Positions 32,756-36,909 of a stretch of DNA of 36,909 nt are shown piece after piece. Position numbers and translations under genes: made by a program. The notes beneath the pieces are model-generated. The model ran no database searches. It was not told the DNA's origin and saw nothing but the letters and a program-made list of their open reading frames with translations. The DNA comes from Macrostomum lignano (Eukaryota). Every line of letters begins with the position of its first letter. Within the stretch, counting starts at the first letter, position 1. Where the stretch lies: positions 1-36,909 of the forward strand of contig NIVC01000804.1 of NCBI GenBank assembly GCA_002269645.1, in the 5' to 3' direction.

Positions 32756-35700
32756 ATGGATCCGCTGTCTCTGCTGAACCAGTCGATGGACAGCGAGATC
32801 AGCGCTGGAGTCCGCGAGATTCTCAGTGCCAACCTCAGACACTGCATTCGATTGAATAAGCTGGCCAAACTGAAGCTTTAGTTGCTAAGGTGACAAAGGA
32901 GACCGTGAACTGGCAGGCTTGCCTCATTCTGGCCATCAATGAGAAGCGGCCAGCCATTGTGAGCTATCTGGTCCAGGAGCAGCAGGTCCGGCTGCCGTTC
33001 TACCATTGGGACGCGGAGACCTGCGGCTGCAGCGTCTGCAAAAGCATCTCTAAGGATATTCGTTGCTATCAGGTGACGCTGACTGGTTGCAAAGAGCTTC
33101 AAGTACTTCGTAGTTAAAATAAGGTCTAGGAGGCAGGAGTCCTCTAGGGAGTGGAGAAACTTAGTGGTAAAATTAGAAAATGCTTTTGAGGCAGGTTTTC
33201 ACCGAAAAATACACTACGGAGATAGGAAGTTTACATTTTTCAGCACAACAATTGTTATCCTCTCCTCTCCTCTCCTCTCCTCTCCTCTGCTCTCCTCTCC
33301 TCTCCTCTCCTCTGCTCTCCTCTCCTCTCCTCTCTCCTCTGCTCTCTCCTCTCCTCTCCTCTCCTCTCCTCTCCTCTCCTCTCCTCTCCTCTCCTCTCCT
33401 CTTCTCTCCTCTCCTCTGTTCTCTATTTCTCTCACCTATTTCGTCCCCTTTATTCTCGCTTTTCCTTTCTTCTATCTCTCGACGTCTTCACTATTATCTC
33501 TCCTCTCTCTCCTCCTCTGGCACGCAGTCATGCGATAGATTCTCTACCTGGTCCTTTGAAGAAAAATTTTTCCCAAACCCTTGTCTAAACTAAAAAGGCT
33601 GCTTTGTAACTGCTAATAATTCCTCTGCTCTCAAGAAGGACATTAATTGACTTCGCTCACGACTCGATGCTTTCCACCGTTTCCACTCTCAGGTGTACGC
33701 TCTCGAGGTTTTTCCTTGCGCTGTGGCGCCTCTCTACGTGTATTCACTCGACGAGGATCCCATGGCCTACTGCCTGCGCATGGCCGCCCGGCTGGCCAGT
33801 GTCCGGTTGTCTCTGGCCAGCCAGAACATGGTCAAGGCCTACAAACAGAGCAAGAGGAACATTGGCGCCTGTCTGAGCCTCGTACTGGATCAGACCGGCA
33901 GCGATCGAGAAGCGCAACAACTGCTGCTTGACGACGTCGAGGAAGACTTAATTGAATGCGTGGATCGGTATAGCCAGCATCTTGGTGAGTAAATAGACAC
34001 ACTTTTATCATTTAAACTCGTGCCAATAAATTCAAATACACGTGTTCATCTTTCCAACGCTAGGACGCGCGCTGATGTTCGCGCAGTTCCGTCTGAACAA
34101 AGCGGTTGTGCACCGAGCGACGCAGACAGTGATCGAGGCTCAGTTCTCTCTGGGCTCCGAGATCCTTGGCGACATGTGGTCAGTCATCGGCTTCGTCAAG
34201 ATGCTGTTCGTCTGCGCGTTCGCCTTCGCAGTTCTCACGCCAATCTCCATCATCTTCCCGCATCCGCGGCTCATCAAGTTCCTTCGGTCGGCCCGGATTC
34301 TCGCTTTGATGGAGGTGGTTTCCATAGCAACCTACATGGCTTTAGTCCTGGTGGGGGCCAACACTTCCAGCAACGATGTGCAGTCCATTGTTTGCACGGA
34401 TATCAGTGACGCGTATGTGCAGCTGCAGATGTTCGGCCTGACATTCATCATCGCTAGAATCATTGATGAGGCCTACAATCTCAGCCTTATGACAGGCAGG
34501 CAGTTCTACGTGAGCATGTTTGACTATCTGCTCAGCGTGAGCCTCGCGCTGCACTTCTCGTCGCTGCTGTTCCTCATCATCTGGTCTGACGAGGTGAACC
34601 GTTTCGGAGCCACGGTGCCAATATTTCGGCAGCACCTGTGCTCAGGCAACCGGTCCAGTGTGCCTCTGTGCGACCTGCTGGGAGTGCTGGACAGCACCGA
34701 CTTGGCCTCGGTGAACATCCTCATGGAGCCGGTGTTCTACGTGAATTCGGTCACTGCCGTTGGTAAATATGTGTTGATAGCACCAATTTTTTACTTACTT
34801 GACTTACCAAGCTACAGGGGGCTCCGTGCATCCGGGTGCAACGAGGAGGCGTTTCCGCTCATTTCGCTAAGCCCTGGCGACCACGGGCAGCAGGCGAGTG
34901 GGGACTGGAGGTGAGAAGCTGCTGGGCCGTAACCCAAAACCCGACCGCTAGCAACCGAGAAACTCCCCGGCTAAGAGCCCCGGCTTGGAGAAACCAGAGG
35001 CCGAACCAAAGGACCAAAGACCATCAGCGCGGTGCTACACTGGGCCCTTGAGGGAGAACAAAAGGCTGTCTCCGGAGCCTGCGGACTGGCCGCATACCTT
35101 TTTAAGGTCAGAGGGTGATACCTGTTCCTCAGAGCCGTGGCGAGAGGTACCTGATGCGCACGGGTTCACTTTCGGGTGGAGTCTGTACCCAAATCGGCCA
35201 AGACAAAAGCCAAGGCCACGGATGGGTTGCCACCGCCGAAGCCCAGTCAGTCCAGCAGCCCTAGAACTGCCTTGAACACATGAGGAACGTGAACCCTGGG
35301 TCGGCTTGACATTCCTGCACCAGAATAGAGGGCACCATACTCTAGCACTGATAGCACCGATACACACCGAAAAGATATCGATGATTTTCGCCGGTTAAAA
35401 TTTGCACAAAACGACAAAATATTGTGGTTTCGTTGAAATCTATCTTGTTAAGGACCTCTTGAAGACCTTGTTTTAAGTACTACGAGTACTTCGCCGAAAA
35501 TTCGCCGAAAATGACAACTGAATTTGATGCAGACGCAAGGCCGAAAGAATCCATGATTAAAGACACCAGGAAGGAAGGCTGTTGTTACATTACACCTGCC
35601 CTAATGGCCAGATGTTCAACCGACAGCTCAGCCGCAGCTATTGCGCTGAGCATCTGAAGGCTGCGTACGGCTGTTCAGTCCACGGCTGTTCAGACTGGGG

Positions 35701-36320
35701 GGTTTCGCCACACACATCCTCAATGACCCCAGCTAATGCTGGCACCCATTTTACAGCCAGGAGAACTAAAGCAATGTAGAGTTAAGTGTTCTGCTCAAGA
35801 ACACAAATTGTTCCGAGTGGGTCAGGGATCGAACCCCGACATTTCATTCGTGAGTCAGACGTTCTAGCTCCAAGGCTACAAGGGCTGAACAACACGAAAA
35901 AGTCTAGATTACAAGTCCCAGATTAAAAATGAAATAATAGATGCTGACAGTTTTTAAATAAAAATAACCACAAAAGGATAAAGTTTTACATGTACACTGA
36001 CATCCAGGATTCGTCAACAGTACAGTAAGACATGCTCGCATTTACAGGCAACCTATTTCTGTTCATATCTCTGGGAAACATCTTCGTCTGGCAGAAGACA
36101 ATGGGCGTGCTGGCTATTACTGTCCAGAGCATGATGAAAGATGTGGCGAAATTCGTCTGCGTGCTCTTCATCGTGTTCGTCGCATTCACCACAGCCATGA
36201 CCAATCTGTACCGGAACTACACCTGCGGCTCGAGCGCATTCGGCATCACATTCTCCTCTGTGGCCATAGAGTTCTTCTGGGCCATGTTCGGCATGACCCA
36301 GGCTGCAGACTACAAAGTTA
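32756..36320 (+). CDS. Divergent TRPC-like transient receptor potential cation channel, 5' part (continues beyond the window)
   Basis: Exons ~32756-33072 (needs +1 nt at ~32877), 33693-33984, 34064-34762 and 36048-~36320 (donor uncertain). Ankyrin-like LILAINEKRPAIVSYLV; TRP_2-type H..CGCSVC; EDPMAYCLRMA...LLDQ-like LVLDQ; TM helices; LGVLAITVQSMMKDVAKF (S4-S5 linker); pore helix FFWAMFG resembling TRPC LFWSIFG. Confidence 0.8.
33258..33420. repeat. (CCTCT)n microsatellite
   Basis: Pyrimidine-rich pentamer run in TRPC intron 1. Confidence 0.93.
35580..35885 (-). mobile_element. tRNA-derived SINE with CORE/Meta-like conserved central domain
   Basis: Minus strand: tRNA-like head with GGTTCGATCCC B-box, then TGTGTTCTTGAGCAGAACACTTAAC...CTGTAAAATGGG, resembling the CORE/Meta/V SINE central domains; short GTAAT tail. 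Confidence 0.7.
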
Positions 36321-36614
36321 CAGGCGCTGGGTCACCTGGGACAGCTACTTTGCCCCGTTGATGTCGGTGCAATTTACTGGCGTCTTGGGTGAGTTGCAGG
36401 CTCTGCTTGACCGAGTTAGCGTCGATTTAAAAGCCTTTCTCCTGCCAGGGTTTCTGGCCATACAATTGAAATTAAAATTTTGAGACTCATTCTTATTTTA
36501 AGTTCTTGGCATTTGAGGATTTTCCGCGGCAGTTGCCTATTTCTTGACTTTTTGACAAGTCTCAGTTTTTGTTTTTTGTTTAGTTATTGGACATCTGCCA
36601 GAAGACAGCGCAGA

Positions 36615-36909
36615 CAAGGGCGTAGTCAGGGGGTTGGGTAAAGGGGCCGCGCCCTTCCCCCTCCCAATCGGCTGGCAAAGCATGTGACGACCCGTTGCCA
36701 GCAGGCTTGATGCCCTCTTTCCAGAAGTCTTGGGGGCGCCTCTGTCTATTGGTGGGCGCCCCTGTCTCTTAGCGAGCGCCCCTGTCCTCTTAGCGGGCGC
36801 CCCTGTCTCTTAGCGGGCGCCCCTGTGTCTTGGTGGGCGCTCCTGTGTGTGCCGCTTGTCCCTCCCCCCTTGACAGGAGGCTAAATTTCATAATTTTGGA
36901 AAAAAAAGT
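36615..36909. mobile_element. Possible left end of an hAT-like MITE (truncated by the window end)
   Basis: Begins CAAGGGCGTAGTCAGGGG, similar to hAT termini; internal ~20-bp repeats GGGCGCCCCTGTCTCTTAGC at ~36733-36845. Other TIR not visible. Confidence 0.35.

Overview
Eukaryotic (animal) genomic DNA with GT-AG introns, GC-rich exons and a different micro/minisatellite in most larger introns. This organisation resembles the flatworm Macrostomum lignano (inference, not verified). Four protein-coding genes were reconstructed by hand: (1) the 3' end of bleomycin hydrolase (+, 979-1825); (2) a 33-exon, ~1,970-codon type II membrane alpha-glucosidase with two tandem trefoil+GH31 modules, like sucrase-isomaltase/maltase-glucoamylase (-, 24486-3140); (3) an intact 5-exon AADAC/NCEH1-like lipase (-, 29979-26345); (4) the 5' part of a divergent TRPC-like channel (+, 32756 onward). 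Also present are tRNA-derived SINEs, several MITEs with TIRs and TSDs, and about 30 tandem arrays. Most notable: a 94-nt near-identical tract shared by the two otherwise diverged GH31 active-site exons (probable intragenic gene conversion); an in-frame TAA in module 1; an E-box/CCAAT tandem array just upstream of module 2 (possible internal promoter); a (CTA)n intron whose interruption creates a TACTAAC branch point; and a decayed decoy copy of exon 6. Most long ORFs in the supplied track are repeat artefacts. No CRISPR or prokaryotic system is supported.
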